Virus record (IMG/VR): IMGVR_UViG_3300042544_003275
Source: an uncultured virus (IMG/VR IMGVR_UViG_3300042544_003275)
Lineage: Duplodnaviria > Heunggongvirae > Uroviricota > Caudoviricetes
Strand: one strand, 5' to 3'
DNA length: 64,000 bases
A program made the translations under genes and the position numbers. Of this stretch, positions 1-11,003 are shown one piece after another; positions within the stretch are counted from its first letter, which is position 1; each line of letters begins with the position of its first letter. Below the pieces are notes generated by a model. It saw only the letters and a program-made list of their open reading frames with translations, did not search any database and was not told the origin of the DNA.

Positions 1-84
1 TAATTGAACTATTGTTTCTGTGATTTCAATTGAGTTTATAGTTCTTGTTGTAACTATGTCTTTTGGTTGAACATTTACTTGCAT
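1..84 (-). CDS. partial ORF (5' end), hypothetical, downstream of fibre gene
   Basis: ATG at 84 after A-rich leader, reads MQVNVQPKDIVTTRTINSIEI.. off the window edge. Confidence 0.55.
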   Translation of the reverse strand, partial: MQVNVQPKDIVTTRTINSIEITETIVQL

Positions 85-101
85 TTTTTATTATTTATTT
101 T

Positions 102-2849
102 TTAAGCATAGAATGCTAATTTTCTTAAAGTACCGTTTATTCTCACACAAAGGTGTCCGGTATAAGCTCCTAAAGCTGTTGCTGCACATGCCAACGGATA
201 AGCGGAAGATCCTAAAGCTATCTCTCCACTAACTTGAGCTTGAGCACATGCTCCTAATGATATAGTACAAGATAGTCCAGATGTTGATGTACCTGACCAA
301 AGACCTAATGATGTGTTTGCTGTTCCGGTTGTGTTAAAACATCCTGAGCTCTTACCGATGAATGTATTACGAGTACCAGACGTATTTAAATTACCAGAAC
401 CGAATCCTATAAATACATTCTCCACACCGGTTGTATTAGCGGATCCATTAAAGTTACCCATAAATGTATTAAAAGAACCACTGGTATTGGAACAACCGCT
501 CCAAACTCCCATAAATATATTATCACTACCAGTTGTATTTAGATAACCAGCACCACCACCAATAAAGGTATTATTACCACCGGTTGTGTTATAGGATCCG
601 GCACAAGATCCAACAAATGTATTACAATCACCCTTAGTTGTAAGACTACCTGTACAGTTACCTATAAATGTATTATTAAATCCGGTAGTACTAGTACTTC
701 CTGATTTATTTCCAATAAAAGTATTATTATACCCTGTTGTATTATTAAATCCAGAACAAGATCCGATGAATGTATTATTTGTTCCAGTTGTATTACATAA
801 TCCGGAATAATATCCAATAAAGGTGTTACTACTACCATTTGTTGTATTATTACCTGCCGAACTACCAATAAATGTGTTAAAAACACCTGTATTAAATTGG
901 CCTGAGTAATTACCAATAAAAACATTACCAGTACCAGTTGTGTTACAGAATCCAGAATTTTGACCTATAAAAATATTATTAGCACCAGTTGTATTATTAA
1001 AACCTGAGACAGCACCAATAAATGTATTTGATGATCCAATTGTATTTGAGTATCCAGAACAATATCCTATAAAGGTATTACCAGTACCAGTTGTATTAGA
1101 ATAACCTGAGTCATTACCGATAAATGTATTTAATAATCCAGTTGTATTTAGATATCCAGCATTTTTTCCTACGAATGTATTATTACATCCTGTTGTGTTA
1201 AATCTACCCGCAAGAGAACCAACAAATGTGTTATTGATTCCGGTAGTTGTAAGAGCACCGGTGCAGTTACCAATAAATGTGTTATTGATTCCGGTAGTAT
1301 TATAATAACCAGAAGATTGTCCCAAAAATGTATTATAATTACCGATTGTATTAGAGAATCCAGAATCTTGTCCTATAAAGGTATTTCCTGTTCCAGTTGT
1401 ATTAGATACTCCCGAATATTTTCCAACAAATGTATTATAATTACCGATTGTATTAGATTGACCTGATCCAAGTCCTATAAAGGTATTAAATACTCCACTT
1501 GTATTAAAAAGACCTGCTTGAGCACCAATAAAAGTATTACTAGATCCTGTTGTATTATTAAATCCTGAGTTAAATCCTATAAATGTATTAGCGATTCCAG
1601 TTGTATTTAATTGTCCTGAATCAGCTCCTAAAAATGTATTACCAGTACCAGTTGTATTTAATTGTCCTGAACCAGCTCCTAAAAATGTATTACTATTACC
1701 AGATGTATTATTATATCCAGAATTTTGACCTATAAATGTATTACAAGAACCAAACGTATTTATATATCCTGAGGATACACCAATAAAAGTATTTTGAGAT
1801 CCTGTTGTATTACCCAAACCAGAGCTATAACCTATAAATGTATTATTAGACCCAGATGTATTAGTATATCCAGACAAAGCTCCCATAAATGTATTATTAC
1901 TAACCAATGTGTTTTGTCCTGATGCAACACCTATAAATGTGTTAGAACTTCCTGCTTGATTTGATTGTCCGGAATTATTTCCTAAAAATGTGTTATATAA
2001 ACCTGTTATATTAGAACATCCTGAATAATATCCAATAAATGTATTGTATCTACCAGTTGTATTCAAATATCCAGAACCTTGACCTATGAATGTATTACAA
2101 GAACCAAACGTATTTGTATATCCTGAGTTCATTCCAATGAAAACATTACATATTCCAGATGTATTAAAATTACCCGAGCCTTTACCAAAAAATGTGTTGA
2201 ATGAACCAGTTGTATTTATATTACCAGCACCTCTACCAACAAAAGTATTATCATTACCAGTTGTATTAGCATATCCAGAACAAAGACCAATAAATGTATT
2301 TGAACATCCAATTGTATTTGTATATCCTGATAAATTACCAATAAATGAATTTGCTGATCCAGATGTATTAAAGTATCCAGATTGTGGTCCTATAAAAGTA
2401 TTACAAGATCCTGATGTGTTAAAATAACCAGATTGTCCACCTATAAAGATATTTCTAGATCCTGTCGTATTGGAGAAACCTGATTGAAATCCTAAAAGTG
2501 AATTAAATATTCCAAGTGTGTTGGAATATCCAGATTCAAATCCTATAAAAGTATTACAAGATCCAGATGTATTAAGACCACCCGACTTATAACCAACAAA
2601 TGTATTACTTGATCCGGTTGTATTTTTACATCCAGATAAATTACCTATAAATACATTAGTCTCATTATTTACATTATTATTTATCATAAATACTCCTGCC
2701 GTAGCACCGATGATAATACTTTTACTTAAATTTAGATTACCACCTGCCGTTCCAACAATAAGTGCTCTATTTCCATTACCATCAACTACTGTTAATGATG
2801 GAGAATCAAAAGGACCGGTTACCAATAAACTAGAATTTATCTTAGACAT
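102..2849 (-). CDS. repeat-rich beta-helical fibre/adhesin-like virion protein
   Basis: 915 aa, dozens of tandem 14-aa repeats NTFIGxxSGxxNTTG; AATATATA motif just upstream. Confidence 0.7.
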   Translation of the reverse strand: MSKINSSLLVTGPFDSPSLTVVDGNGNRALIVGTAGGNLNLSKSIIIGATAGVFMINNNVNNETNVFIGNLSGCKNTTGSSNTFVGYKSGGLNTSGSCNTFIGFESGYSNTLGIFNSLLGFQSGFSNTTGSRNIFIGGQSGYFNTSGSCNTFIGPQSGYFNTSGSANSFIGNLSGYTNTIGCSNTFIGLCSGYANTTGNDNTFVGRGAGNINTTGSFNTFFGKGSGNFNTSGICNVFIGMNSGYTNTFGSCNTFIGQGSGYLNTTGRYNTFIGYYSGCSNITGLYNTFLGNNSGQSNQAGSSNTFIGVASGQNTLVSNNTFMGALSGYTNTSGSNNTFIGYSSGLGNTTGSQNTFIGVSSGYINTFGSCNTFIGQNSGYNNTSGNSNTFLGAGSGQLNTTGTGNTFLGADSGQLNTTGIANTFIGFNSGFNNTTGSSNTFIGAQAGLFNTSGVFNTFIGLGSGQSNTIGNYNTFVGKYSGVSNTTGTGNTFIGQDSGFSNTIGNYNTFLGQSSGYYNTTGINNTFIGNCTGALTTTGINNTFVGSLAGRFNTTGCNNTFVGKNAGYLNTTGLLNTFIGNDSGYSNTTGTGNTFIGYCSGYSNTIGSSNTFIGAVSGFNNTTGANNIFIGQNSGFCNTTGTGNVFIGNYSGQFNTGVFNTFIGSSAGNNTTNGSSNTFIGYYSGLCNTTGTNNTFIGSCSGFNNTTGYNNTFIGNKSGSTSTTGFNNTFIGNCTGSLTTKGDCNTFVGSCAGSYNTTGGNNTFIGGGAGYLNTTGSDNIFMGVWSGCSNTSGSFNTFMGNFNGSANTTGVENVFIGFGSGNLNTSGTRNTFIGKSSGCFNTTGTANTSLGLWSGTSTSGLSCTISLGACAQAQVSGEIALGSSAYPLACAATALGAYTGHLCVRINGTLRKLAFYA

Positions 2850-2865
2850 TATTTATATATTATTT

Positions 2866-5800
2866 TTAACTTATTATTACTACTCTTCCATTTATAATTG
2901 TAACAGATGATCTAACATCTATTGCATTTACACTTGTTTTTTTAACTTCTGGTACTATTAATTCACCAGTTGTCTCATCCCACATATTAAATAAAATTGC
3001 TTGTGTGTTTAACATGTGAGATATTGAATATGTAACACCACCAGTAAATGATTGTGTTGCTGTATATTTTCCTATTCCTGTTCCAGATGTACCACTTGTT
3101 CCGGTTCCAGATGTTCCATTAGTACCATTTAATCCTGAGGTTCCGGAAGTACCAGTTAGTCCAGAAGTACCAGATGTTCCTCTTGTTCCTGAAGTACCAC
3201 TTGTACCATTAACACCACTTGTACCACTTGTTCCATCTAATCCAGAAGTACCAGATGTTCCATCTATTCCTGAACTACCACTTGTGCCGGTTAATCCAGA
3301 GGTTCCAGAGCTACCGGTCAACCCACTAGTCCCGGAAGTTCCGGTCAACCCACTTGTTCCGGATGTTCCAGTTCTACCGGAAGTACCAGCAGTACCAGTA
3401 GATCCAGAGGTTCCAGAGGTTCCAGATGTTCCAGCTAATCCGGATGTTCCTGATGTTCCAGTTAATCCAGAAGTACCACTTGTACCAGTTAGACCGGAAG
3501 TACCAGAAGTACCTGTTAGACCTGATGTACCACTTGTACCAGTTAGTCCGGATGTTCCGGATGTTCCAGTCAGTCCACTAGTACCATTTGTACCAGTCAG
3601 TCCACTAGTACCATTTGTGCCAGTTAGACCACTAGTTCCTGATGTTCCGGTTAATCCACTAGTTCCGGATGTTCCATTAATACCCGAAGTTCCGGATGTT
3701 CCATTAATACCCGAACTTCCGGATGTTCCGGTTAATCCACTAGTTCCGGATGTTCCGGTTAATCCACTAGTTCCGGATGTTCCATTATTACCTTGAATCC
3801 CTTGTGGACCTTGAAGTTCACCCATGTCAACCCACCCCTCAGAGTTTGATGCTAAAGATGATGGATTGTATATCCAAAAGTGTGATGTATCTTGTAATAT
3901 ATAAGCATCTAAATTATTAGGAGGTACTACAGAATATGAGGTACCATGACTTTGTGTCATTGATGAATAGTTTAATTCAACACCTAGTGCTGTTAGTGAC
4001 TCTCCTGGATCTCCTTTAGCACCTGATGTTCCTGATGTTCCAGTTAATCCACTGGTTCCTGAACTACCCGATGTTCCATTTGTTCCATTAAAACCTGATG
4101 TGCCGGAAGTACCATTAATACCAGAAGTACCACTTGTCCCAGTTAATCCACTTGTACCACTTGTTCCAGTTAATCCACTAGTTCCTGATGTTCCTTCTAA
4201 ACCTGAAGTTCCTGATGTACCTTCTAAACCCGAAGTTCCGCTTGTTCCTTCTAAACCAGAAGTTCCGCTTGTTCCGGTTCCAGATGTACCTGATGTACCA
4301 GTTAATCCACTTGTACCTGATGTACCAACTGCTGAAGTACCTGAAGTTCCGGATGTACCAGTTGCTGATGTACCGTTTGTACCATTTAATCCTGAGGTTC
4401 CAGAGGTTCCAGTACCAGAGGTTCCAGCTGTTCCATTTAATCCTGATGTACCAGAGGTTCCAGTTAATCCTGAAGTGCCACTTGTGCCATTTAATCCTGA
4501 CGTACCAGAGGTTCCATTTAATCCTGATGTGCCAGCGGTTCCATTTAATCCTGACGTACCAGCGGTTCCATTTAATCCTGACGTACCAGCGGTTCCATTT
4601 AATCCTGACGTACCAGCGGTTCCATTTAATCCTGACGTACCAGCGGTTCCAGTTATTCCAGATGTGCCACTTGTACCGGTTAATCCTGAGGTACCAGCGG
4701 TTCCATTTGTGCCTGATATTCCACTTGTACCGGTTAATCCTGAGGTACCAGCGGTTCCATTTGTGCCTGATATTCCACTTGTTCCGTTTGTTCCATTAAC
4801 ACCTGGTAAACCTTGAGGTCCTTGTATCTCACCCATATCAACCCAACCTTCATAGTTAGAGACACTAGATGTTGGATTGTATATCCAAAAGTGTGATGTA
4901 TCTTGTAATATGTAAGCATCTAAATTATTAGGTGGTATAACTGAATATGAAGTACCATAACTTTGTGTCATTGAAGAGTAGTTTAGTTCGATACCAAGAG
5001 CTGTTATAGATTCTCCTGGATTTCCTTGAGCACCAGAAGTACCAGATGTTCCTGTTCCACTAGAACCGGAAGTACCGGAACTACCTGAAGTACCATATAT
5101 TGAACCTTGTACATCCCATGCTGCTCCATTCCAGATATAAAAATCTCCGGTGGTTTCGTCTAAATAGATATCACCCTGATTTACACCGGTCGTTATAGGT
5201 ACTCCTGTTCCAAGTGTCCATGTATTACCTGAATCACCACTTGATCCTGAGGTTCCATCTATTCCTGAACTACCACTTGTGCCTGTTAATCCAGAGGTTC
5301 CAGAGCTACCGGAGGTTCCAGAGCTACCACTTGTGCCTGTTAATCCAGAACTTCCAGATGTTCCATCTATTCCTGAAGTACCAGAGGTTCCAGTTAATCC
5401 AGAAGTGCCAGATGTTCCAGTTAATCCAGAAGTACCAGCGGTTCCACTTAATCCAGAGGTTCCAGCGGTTCCACTTAATCCAGAAGTACCAGATGTTCCA
5501 TCAAATCCTGAAGTACCAGATGTTCCATCTATCCCAGAACTTCCAGAGGTTCCGGTTAATCCTGAAGTACCACTTGTTCCATCTATTCCAGAACTTCCAG
5601 ATGTTCCCTCAATTCCACTAGTTCCTGATGTTCCCTCAATTCCACTAGTTCCTGATGTTCCCTCAATTCCACTAGTTCCTGATGTTCCCTCTACACCATT
5701 TACTACCCATGATATAGAGTATTCGGTACCATTTGTAATTAATCCGGTACCATGTAACTTAGTTCCTAAAATAATATCAGTATAATTAGATGACCAAGTA

Positions 5801-7761
5801 ACATCAATTGGATCGACAATATAAATACCACTAATTGAACTATTACCAACTTCTGATATTTTAAATAAAATATTAGATGAATAGTTTGTTATCTCATTTA
5901 ACCAATCTGAATATGAGTTACTATCACTTGATACTGAAGAGATTGAAAGTAATGAAATATTATCTAAATCAGAATCATCTACAAGAAAATATGTAGAACC
6001 TGGATCATTTGGGGATGAAGATGAATTATTAAATATCCATCTAGCTGAATTTGATGCATCATTTCCTGATACACCTGATGTTCCTGACGATCCATTTGTT
6101 CCTGATAAACCTTGTGGTCCTTGTATAGGTCCCATGTCAACCCATCCTTCATAGTTTGCAGCTCCAGATGATGTATCATATATCCATAAATGACTTGTAT
6201 CTTGTACAATATACACATCTAATAGATTTGGAGTTGGAATAGAATAAGATGTTCCTCTACTTTGTGTCATTGAAGAGTAATCGGCTTCAACTCCTAATGG
6301 TGATAATGTTTCACCTGGTATACCTTGTCCTCCTGATGTTCCACTTGTACCATTAACTCCTGATGTTCCACTTGTACCACTGATTCCAGAGGTTCCACTT
6401 GTACCATCTATTCCAGATGTTCCACTTGTACCATCAAATCCACTGGTTCCTGATGTTCCATCATATCCTGATGTTCCACTTGTTCCATTTGACACAGAAT
6501 CAACATATCCTTTAGTAACTAAAGAGTGAGTAGTAAAGTTACCAGTATAATCACCATAATAGATAAGACCCTTTTGATTCTCATCATCCATCACAATCAT
6601 TCTGTTGTTATCAGAACCATCTCCAGATACTTCATTATACGAATAGATATTAAAGTAATTTGACTGAGTAAATCCATTATCCAATGCAAATGATATTCCA
6701 GCAGAATTGGCTTGAATGTTGAATGTATTACTATTTGTTACACTTTGGTAATACATATTAACATAATCACCAGCTGATTGTATTTCTGTGTATCCATCGT
6801 TATTATATGATTGTATAGTTGAGTACGATGCTTGTATAAAAACTGATCCAGTTCCTATTATATTGAGATTAAATCCATTTCCATCAATTGTAGTGTCTTG
6901 ACTTAAAGTCCCGCCTAATATAACTTCATTACTTACTACTTGTAAACCATTACTAGCCGATGTTGTAGTATCAACCCAATAAACATTACCAGAACCATCT
7001 GTTTGTAATACTTGGTTTATAGAACCATCTGTATTTGGTAATGTATAAACATTATTAATATTAACATTATTTCCTAAATAAACCGTATTATTTTGAGATG
7101 CTGTTAGATATTCACCACCAATTATAACTGAACCTTCTACTCCAATATTTGTTAATGATGACTTTGAGTTTATATGAACGTAAGCTTTGTTTTGACTACC
7201 TGAATCATATGATGAACCTGCTTCTATTATTTTAACATCATCATATAATAAAGTTGAGTCTACAAGTGATATTGAATAATTAAGAGAATCTTGATTAACT
7301 AATGTATATTTTGCATTCTCACCAGAGAATAAATTAATAAATGGTAAATTTGATGCAGTACCAGGATTTATCTCAATAACAGAATATGATCCTGTTAAAG
7401 TATTTTCAGTGTAAAATCTTGAGTTTGCATTTGGTCTTAGTAATAAATTAGAGCTTATATATCCAGATGTATTTGCCAATGATGTAGCGGTTGAATTAAA
7501 TACCAAAGATCCTGACTCAGATGATATACCAGAACCATCAGTCATTTCTATTGAGTAAGTACCAGCATCATTACCAACAGTTAATACTTCAGATAACGAT
7601 GGTGTAGCACCGCCAGAACCAGCACCAATTTGAGTAATTACTCCGAATTCATCTTTTTGCTTTAAAACACCATCTATATCATAAGCCACCGTCCAAGCTC
7701 CTGTTGAAGGAGTTGCAGCGTCAACCAATGACATAGTATTACCAAAATATATAAAACTCAT
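2866..7761 (-). CDS. collagen-like (Gly-Thr-Ser repeat) fibre protein
   Basis: 1631 aa, long G-X-Y runs (GTSGTSG), three copies of a ~65-aa domain ending GWVDMGxxQGPQG. Confidence 0.75.
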   Translation of the reverse strand: MSFIYFGNTMSLVDAATPSTGAWTVAYDIDGVLKQKDEFGVITQIGAGSGGATPSLSEVLTVGNDAGTYSIEMTDGSGISSESGSLVFNSTATSLANTSGYISSNLLLRPNANSRFYTENTLTGSYSVIEINPGTASNLPFINLFSGENAKYTLVNQDSLNYSISLVDSTLLYDDVKIIEAGSSYDSGSQNKAYVHINSKSSLTNIGVEGSVIIGGEYLTASQNNTVYLGNNVNINNVYTLPNTDGSINQVLQTDGSGNVYWVDTTTSASNGLQVVSNEVILGGTLSQDTTIDGNGFNLNIIGTGSVFIQASYSTIQSYNNDGYTEIQSAGDYVNMYYQSVTNSNTFNIQANSAGISFALDNGFTQSNYFNIYSYNEVSGDGSDNNRMIVMDDENQKGLIYYGDYTGNFTTHSLVTKGYVDSVSNGTSGTSGYDGTSGTSGFDGTSGTSGIDGTSGTSGISGTSGTSGVNGTSGTSGGQGIPGETLSPLGVEADYSSMTQSRGTSYSIPTPNLLDVYIVQDTSHLWIYDTSSGAANYEGWVDMGPIQGPQGLSGTNGSSGTSGVSGNDASNSARWIFNNSSSSPNDPGSTYFLVDDSDLDNISLLSISSVSSDSNSYSDWLNEITNYSSNILFKISEVGNSSISGIYIVDPIDVTWSSNYTDIILGTKLHGTGLITNGTEYSISWVVNGVEGTSGTSGIEGTSGTSGIEGTSGTSGIEGTSGSSGIDGTSGTSGLTGTSGSSGIDGTSGTSGFDGTSGTSGLSGTAGTSGLSGTAGTSGLTGTSGTSGLTGTSGTSGIDGTSGSSGLTGTSGSSGTSGSSGTSGLTGTSGSSGIDGTSGSSGDSGNTWTLGTGVPITTGVNQGDIYLDETTGDFYIWNGAAWDVQGSIYGTSGSSGTSGSSGTGTSGTSGAQGNPGESITALGIELNYSSMTQSYGTSYSVIPPNNLDAYILQDTSHFWIYNPTSSVSNYEGWVDMGEIQGPQGLPGVNGTNGTSGISGTNGTAGTSGLTGTSGISGTNGTAGTSGLTGTSGTSGITGTAGTSGLNGTAGTSGLNGTAGTSGLNGTAGTSGLNGTAGTSGLNGTSGTSGLNGTSGTSGLTGTSGTSGLNGTAGTSGTGTSGTSGLNGTNGTSATGTSGTSGTSAVGTSGTSGLTGTSGTSGTGTSGTSGLEGTSGTSGLEGTSGTSGLEGTSGTSGLTGTSGTSGLTGTSGTSGINGTSGTSGFNGTNGTSGSSGTSGLTGTSGTSGAKGDPGESLTALGVELNYSSMTQSHGTSYSVVPPNNLDAYILQDTSHFWIYNPSSLASNSEGWVDMGELQGPQGIQGNNGTSGTSGLTGTSGTSGLTGTSGSSGINGTSGTSGINGTSGTSGLTGTSGTSGLTGTNGTSGLTGTNGTSGLTGTSGTSGLTGTSGTSGLTGTSGTSGLTGTSGTSGLTGTSGTSGLAGTSGTSGTSGSTGTAGTSGRTGTSGTSGLTGTSGTSGLTGSSGTSGLTGTSGSSGIDGTSGTSGLDGTSGTSGVNGTSGTSGTRGTSGTSGLTGTSGTSGLNGTNGTSGTGTSGTSGTGIGKYTATQSFTGGVTYSISHMLNTQAILFNMWDETTGELIVPEVKKTSVNAIDVRSSVTIINGRVVIIS

Positions 7762-7835
7762 TAAATAATTTATTTATTAGAGTATATATTATTTTACAAA
7801 TGGGCTTTTCTTTTTATCTTTGTAAAAAAATATAA

Positions 7836-7991
7836 ATGGGACATTGTATATCAATATATGTAATAAAAAAATCTGAACTTAGAGAAGATAAAATAAATAA
7901 AGTTCTAAGTGATAAAAATACCAATCAAGAAATAGTCTGGACTGAACTTAAAGAAGGAATTTTAGCAACAACTTATATTCCAAATTGGTAG
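7836..7991 (+). CDS. short ORF, possibly truncated (51 aa, contains LREDKINKVL)
   Basis: ATG after TATCTTTG promoter; ends where the endonuclease fragment begins. Confidence 0.4.
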   Translation: MGHCISIYVIKKSELREDKINKVLSDKNTNQEIVWTELKEGILATTYIPNW

Positions 7992-8163
7992 ACAACATTT
8001 TGAGCCTGTTTCAATTTTTGGTGGTGATAAGGCTTTAAAAATTACACAAAATAATGATAAAATAAAAAATGAATATTGTAAAAAAAATATGATACCCTTA
8101 TTAAGGGTATCATATTTAGAAGATATTTATCTAAAACTTGAAAACTTTATGAATTATACTTAA
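7987..8163 (+). pseudogene. C-terminal remnant of Vsr/DUF559-like endonuclease
   Basis: Startless frame GRQHFEPVSIFGG..NDKIKNEYCKKNMIPLLRVSY. Confidence 0.55.
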
Positions 8164-9217
8164 AATTATGATTCTCTTCAATATTTAAAAGAGTTTGGTA
8201 AATTAACTTAATAATACTTTTAACATCTTCTTTATGACAAGTTTCTACACATGTGTGCATGTATTTCAATGGAAGTGAAATTAGTACAGATGGTACACCA
8301 CCATTAGAATAAGCAAAAGCATCTGTATCAGTTCCTGTTGAAGTTGATGAAGCCGCTAACTGATAAGAGATATTCTTTTTATCAGCAGAATCCATAACCA
8401 ACTTTCTCAATTTATTATGAACAGCAGGAGCTCTTGTAATAACACCACCTTGACCAGCAATATGTTCACCTTCTTTAGATGCAGTATAACAAGGAGAAGA
8501 AGTTTCGTGACAAACATCTGTAATGATAGCAACATTTGGTTTAATACTTTGAGTAATCATTTGAGCTCCTCTTAAACCGATTTCTTCTTGTACTGAATTA
8601 ACAATGTATAACTTGAATGGTAATTCTTTACCCTTTTCTTTTAATCTTCTTGCTACTTCAGCAATCATAAATCCACCTACTCTATTATCTAATGCTCTAC
8701 CAGTATAGTAGTCAGTTCCTAATTTCATAAATTGGTCTTTGAAAGTAACAACGGTTCCTACTTTAATTCCCATTTTATCAACATCTTCTTTTGAAGAAGC
8801 TCCAACATCAATAAAGATAGAATCTAAATCAGATTCTTTTTTACGATAATGAATGTGAATTGCTGGATGTCCAAAAATACCATCAACTGGTCCTTCTTCA
8901 CCCCAAAGAGTAACTCTCATTGAAGGAGCGATAGTAGCATCAGAACCACCATTTTTAATCACTTTGATATAACCTTTTGAATCGATGTAGTTTACAAACC
9001 AACTGATCTCATCAGCGTGTGCTTCAATAACAACCTTAAAATCAGATTCAAGATTTCCTGTTATTCCATAAGCGGTTCCGTAGTTATCGATTTCTACTTT
9101 ATCGACATATTGAGATATGTAATCCATCCACACTTTCTGACCACCCAATTCATACTCAAATCCAGTTGGTGAGTTACTGTTTAGATAATTTTCTAAAAAT
9201 TCTTCGTTTATTTTCAT
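8147..9217 (-). CDS. M42 family aminopeptidase
   Basis: AHADEI, ALDNR, QEEIGLRGA, GTDTD, YMHT motifs. Confidence 0.9.
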   Translation of the reverse strand: MKINEEFLENYLNSNSPTGFEYELGGQKVWMDYISQYVDKVEIDNYGTAYGITGNLESDFKVVIEAHADEISWFVNYIDSKGYIKVIKNGGSDATIAPSMRVTLWGEEGPVDGIFGHPAIHIHYRKKESDLDSIFIDVGASSKEDVDKMGIKVGTVVTFKDQFMKLGTDYYTGRALDNRVGGFMIAEVARRLKEKGKELPFKLYIVNSVQEEIGLRGAQMITQSIKPNVAIITDVCHETSSPCYTASKEGEHIAGQGGVITRAPAVHNKLRKLVMDSADKKNISYQLAASSTSTGTDTDAFAYSNGGVPSVLISLPLKYMHTCVETCHKEDVKSIIKLIYQTLLNIEENHNFKYNS

Positions 9218-9249
9218 ATATTTTACATTTATAGTAAAACTTATATGAC

Positions 9250-9615
9250 TTAATATCTTGGAAGTTTCATATCTGAAGTGATTTCAATCTTGAAACCAAA
9301 TCCAGTATCATCATCAGAAGCATATTTAACTTCAGAATCATATCCATTTCTACCATCAAATGTAGTTGGACGAGGTCCGTTCATTTGTTGGTTTCTTCTC
9401 ATTTGTTCGTTTCTTCTTTTAGCCTCTTCTTGTGCTAACATTTCTTCAAAAGTTAATCCTGGTTGTTCAATTTGTGGTTGTTCAGTTGTAAATGTTGAAA
9501 ATTGTTCTGGTTGATGTCCGTACTTACGCATCAATTGTTCTGCTTCCCAACCTGTTATTTCTCTTTCTGATTCAACATGTTGTGCATCTATTACTCTTGC
9601 TACTGGTCTTTCCAT
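9250..9615 (-). CDS. hypothetical protein
   Basis: 121-aa ORF co-directional with neighbours. Confidence 0.7.
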   Translation of the reverse strand: MERPVARVIDAQHVESEREITGWEAEQLMRKYGHQPEQFSTFTTEQPQIEQPGLTFEEMLAQEEAKRRNEQMRRNQQMNGPRPTTFDGRNGYDSEVKYASDDDTGFGFKIEITSDMKLPRY

Positions 9616-9618
9616 AAT

Positions 9619-10053
9619 TTATATATTAATTTTATTTAAGTATATTTCATTACTATATCTATCTATTTCCCAACCATCTATTGGATTGTTTTGTAAATAT
9701 CTATAATAAACTTTTGTTCTTTGAGTTATCTCATCAGTTTCACTTTCTTTACCTAAACCTTTAATAGTTATTTCAGAACACCAATCATTCTTACTAATAA
9801 AGTCTGGTAAAATACCACTAAATATTGTTTTTAATAAACTAAATATATTTGTCTGTACTAATTCAAAAGACCATTCATTATCAGTTTTAACTCTATAAAC
9901 AAGTTCTACTTCACCTTGAGGTTTTCTATCTATTTCAACTCTAAAATCATTCTTACCATCCGAGAAATAATAATAGTAAGTAGCACCTTTTAAACCACCA
10001 TATTCAAATGGATAAAATTCAATAGATTCAAATATAGATTTAAGATGTTTCAT
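9619..10053 (-). CDS. hypothetical protein with MKHLKSIFE N-terminus
   Basis: Start re-assigned to 10053: AATATATA upstream, and the longer ORF overlaps a tRNA. Confidence 0.7.
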   Translation of the reverse strand: MKHLKSIFESIEFYPFEYGGLKGATYYYYFSDGKNDFRVEIDRKPQGEVELVYRVKTDNEWSFELVQTNIFSLLKTIFSGILPDFISKNDWCSEITIKGLGKESETDEITQRTKVYYRYLQNNPIDGWEIDRYSNEIYLNKINI

Positions 10054-10089
10054 AATGTATATATTATTTATTATTTTTGTGAAAAATAT

Positions 10090-10119
10090 CAAAAGGAAGA
10101 AAACTTTTTTAATATATAC
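10090..10119 (+). promoter_or_regulatory. putative phage-type promoter AAAAGGAAGAA..TTTAATATATA
   Basis: Same motif recurs at ~25557 and ~37121 upstream of tRNA units. Confidence 0.5.
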
Positions 10120-10135
10120 ACATACAATAAAACAT

Positions 10136-10208
10136 TGTGGGATGGAGCAGTTGGTAGCTCGCAAGGCTCATAACCTTGAGGTCGTCCGTTCGAGTCGGGC
10201 TCCCGCTA
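10136..10208 (+). tRNA. tRNA-Met(CAT), initiator-like
   Basis: Cloverleaf, loop CTCATAA, 1:72 mismatch. Confidence 0.85.
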
Positions 10209-10218
10209 CAAAAGAAAG

Positions 10219-10270
10219 ACAGGATTTAAATCTGGACAGTTTGTAAAAACAGGATTAAAATCTAGACAGT
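10219..10270 (+). repeat. two imperfect 22-bp direct repeats
   Basis: ACAGGATTTAAATCTGGACAGT / ACAGGATTAAAATCTAGACAGT, 30-bp period. Confidence 0.7.
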
Positions 10271-10294
10271 CTTTCGGAGAATTATTAAAATAAA

Positions 10295-10326
10295 TTTGGT
10301 AGATTGAAAAAGTCTACTTATATTTG
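10295..10326 (+). promoter_or_regulatory. Bacteroidota-type sigma70 promoter for leader 1
   Basis: TTTG...TATATTTG (-33/-7 consensus). Confidence 0.7.
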
Positions 10327-10362
10327 TAAAAGAATTAAAAACAATTAAAAAATAAAAAGACA

Positions 10363-10437
10363 ATGACAACAATTTCTACATATTATTATGAGGTCGAGAG
10401 CAAAAGCTCCGTCAGACGAGTAGTGATTATGTCGTAA
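10363..10437 (+). CDS. attenuator leader peptide 1 (MTTISTYYYEVESKSSVRRVVIMS)
   Basis: 24-aa ORF with TAT-TAT-TAT-GAG-GTC-GAG ahead of terminator and Tyr/Glu tRNAs. Confidence 0.8.
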   Translation: MTTISTYYYEVESKSSVRRVVIMS

Positions 10438-10462
10438 TTGAAAAATATTATATAAACACTTC

Positions 10463-10494
10463 AACCCAGTCTGACTTATCAGACTGGGTTTTTT
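10463..10494 (+). terminator. attenuator terminator 1
   Basis: AACCCAGTCTGA-ctta-TCAGACTGGGTT + T tract; 5' arm complementary to GTCAGAC in leader. Confidence 0.85.
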
Positions 10495-10505
10495 GTTTTA
10501 AATTT

Positions 10506-10573
10506 GGGATGGGTTATGGTGACGGCCGGATCTGTAAAATCCTAGCAGGTGAGTTCGAGTCTCACACATCCCA
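10506..10573 (+). tRNA. atypical tRNA-Tyr(GTA), short D arm, no long variable arm
   Basis: Loop CTGTAAA; T arm GTGAG-TTCGAGT-CTCAC. Confidence 0.6.
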
Positions 10574-10579
10574 CAAAAT

Positions 10580-10651
10580 GTTCCGTTCGTCTAGCGGTAG
10601 GACATCTTCCTTTCAAGAAGAAGGTCACGGGTTCGAATCCCGTACGGAATA
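10580..10651 (+). tRNA. tRNA-Glu(TTC)
   Basis: Cloverleaf, loop CTTTCAA. Confidence 0.9.
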
Positions 10652-10656
10652 CAAAT

Positions 10657-10728
10657 GGTCCTGTCGACTAATGGTCAGGTCAACACCCTTTCAAGGTGCA
10701 GATGCGGGTTCGATCCCCGTCAGGACTA
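10657..10728 (+). tRNA. tRNA-Glu(TTC)
   Basis: Cloverleaf, loop CTTTCAA. Confidence 0.85.
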
Positions 10729-10748
10729 CAAAAAATAAAATGAAAAGA

Positions 10749-10780
10749 TTAGGTGGAAATGAAAAACTTCCTTATCTTTG
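10749..10780 (+). promoter_or_regulatory. internal Bacteroidota-type promoter in tRNA cluster 1
   Basis: TTAGGT...TATCTTTG. Confidence 0.55.
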
Positions 10781-10835
10781 TAAAACAAAAGAGGTAAATA
10801 TAAATCCAAGTAACCCCTTGGTTTTTTACTAACTT

Positions 10836-10907
10836 GGTCCCATCGTCTAACGGTTAGGACGTTAGGTTTTCATCCTAGAAATCGGAGTTCGATTCTCCGT
10901 GGGACTA
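10836..10907 (+). tRNA. tRNA-Glu(TTC)
   Basis: Cloverleaf, loop TTTTCAT. Confidence 0.9.
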
Positions 10908-11003
10908 CAAATATCGGAGTAATTAACCGATACTAACAAGAAGATGTATCATATATCGCAGTGAGATTTGGTACCAGTAATTTCTGATATGTCTACTTGA
11001 ATA

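Noticed and set aside
313..5785. Plus-strand ORFs rich in P/V/E/D inside the two fibre genes
   Set aside because: Antisense shadows of the repeat codons on the minus strand.
3070..6490. Tandem 9/18-nt DNA repeats as a CRISPR array
   Set aside because: They are coding GTS repeats with synonymous variation and no unique spacers; no cas genes seen.
10330..10500. T-box riboswitch as the explanation for the leaders
   Set aside because: Leaders are too short, lack the UGGNACC T-box motif and stem I, and contain clean ORFs with matched codons.
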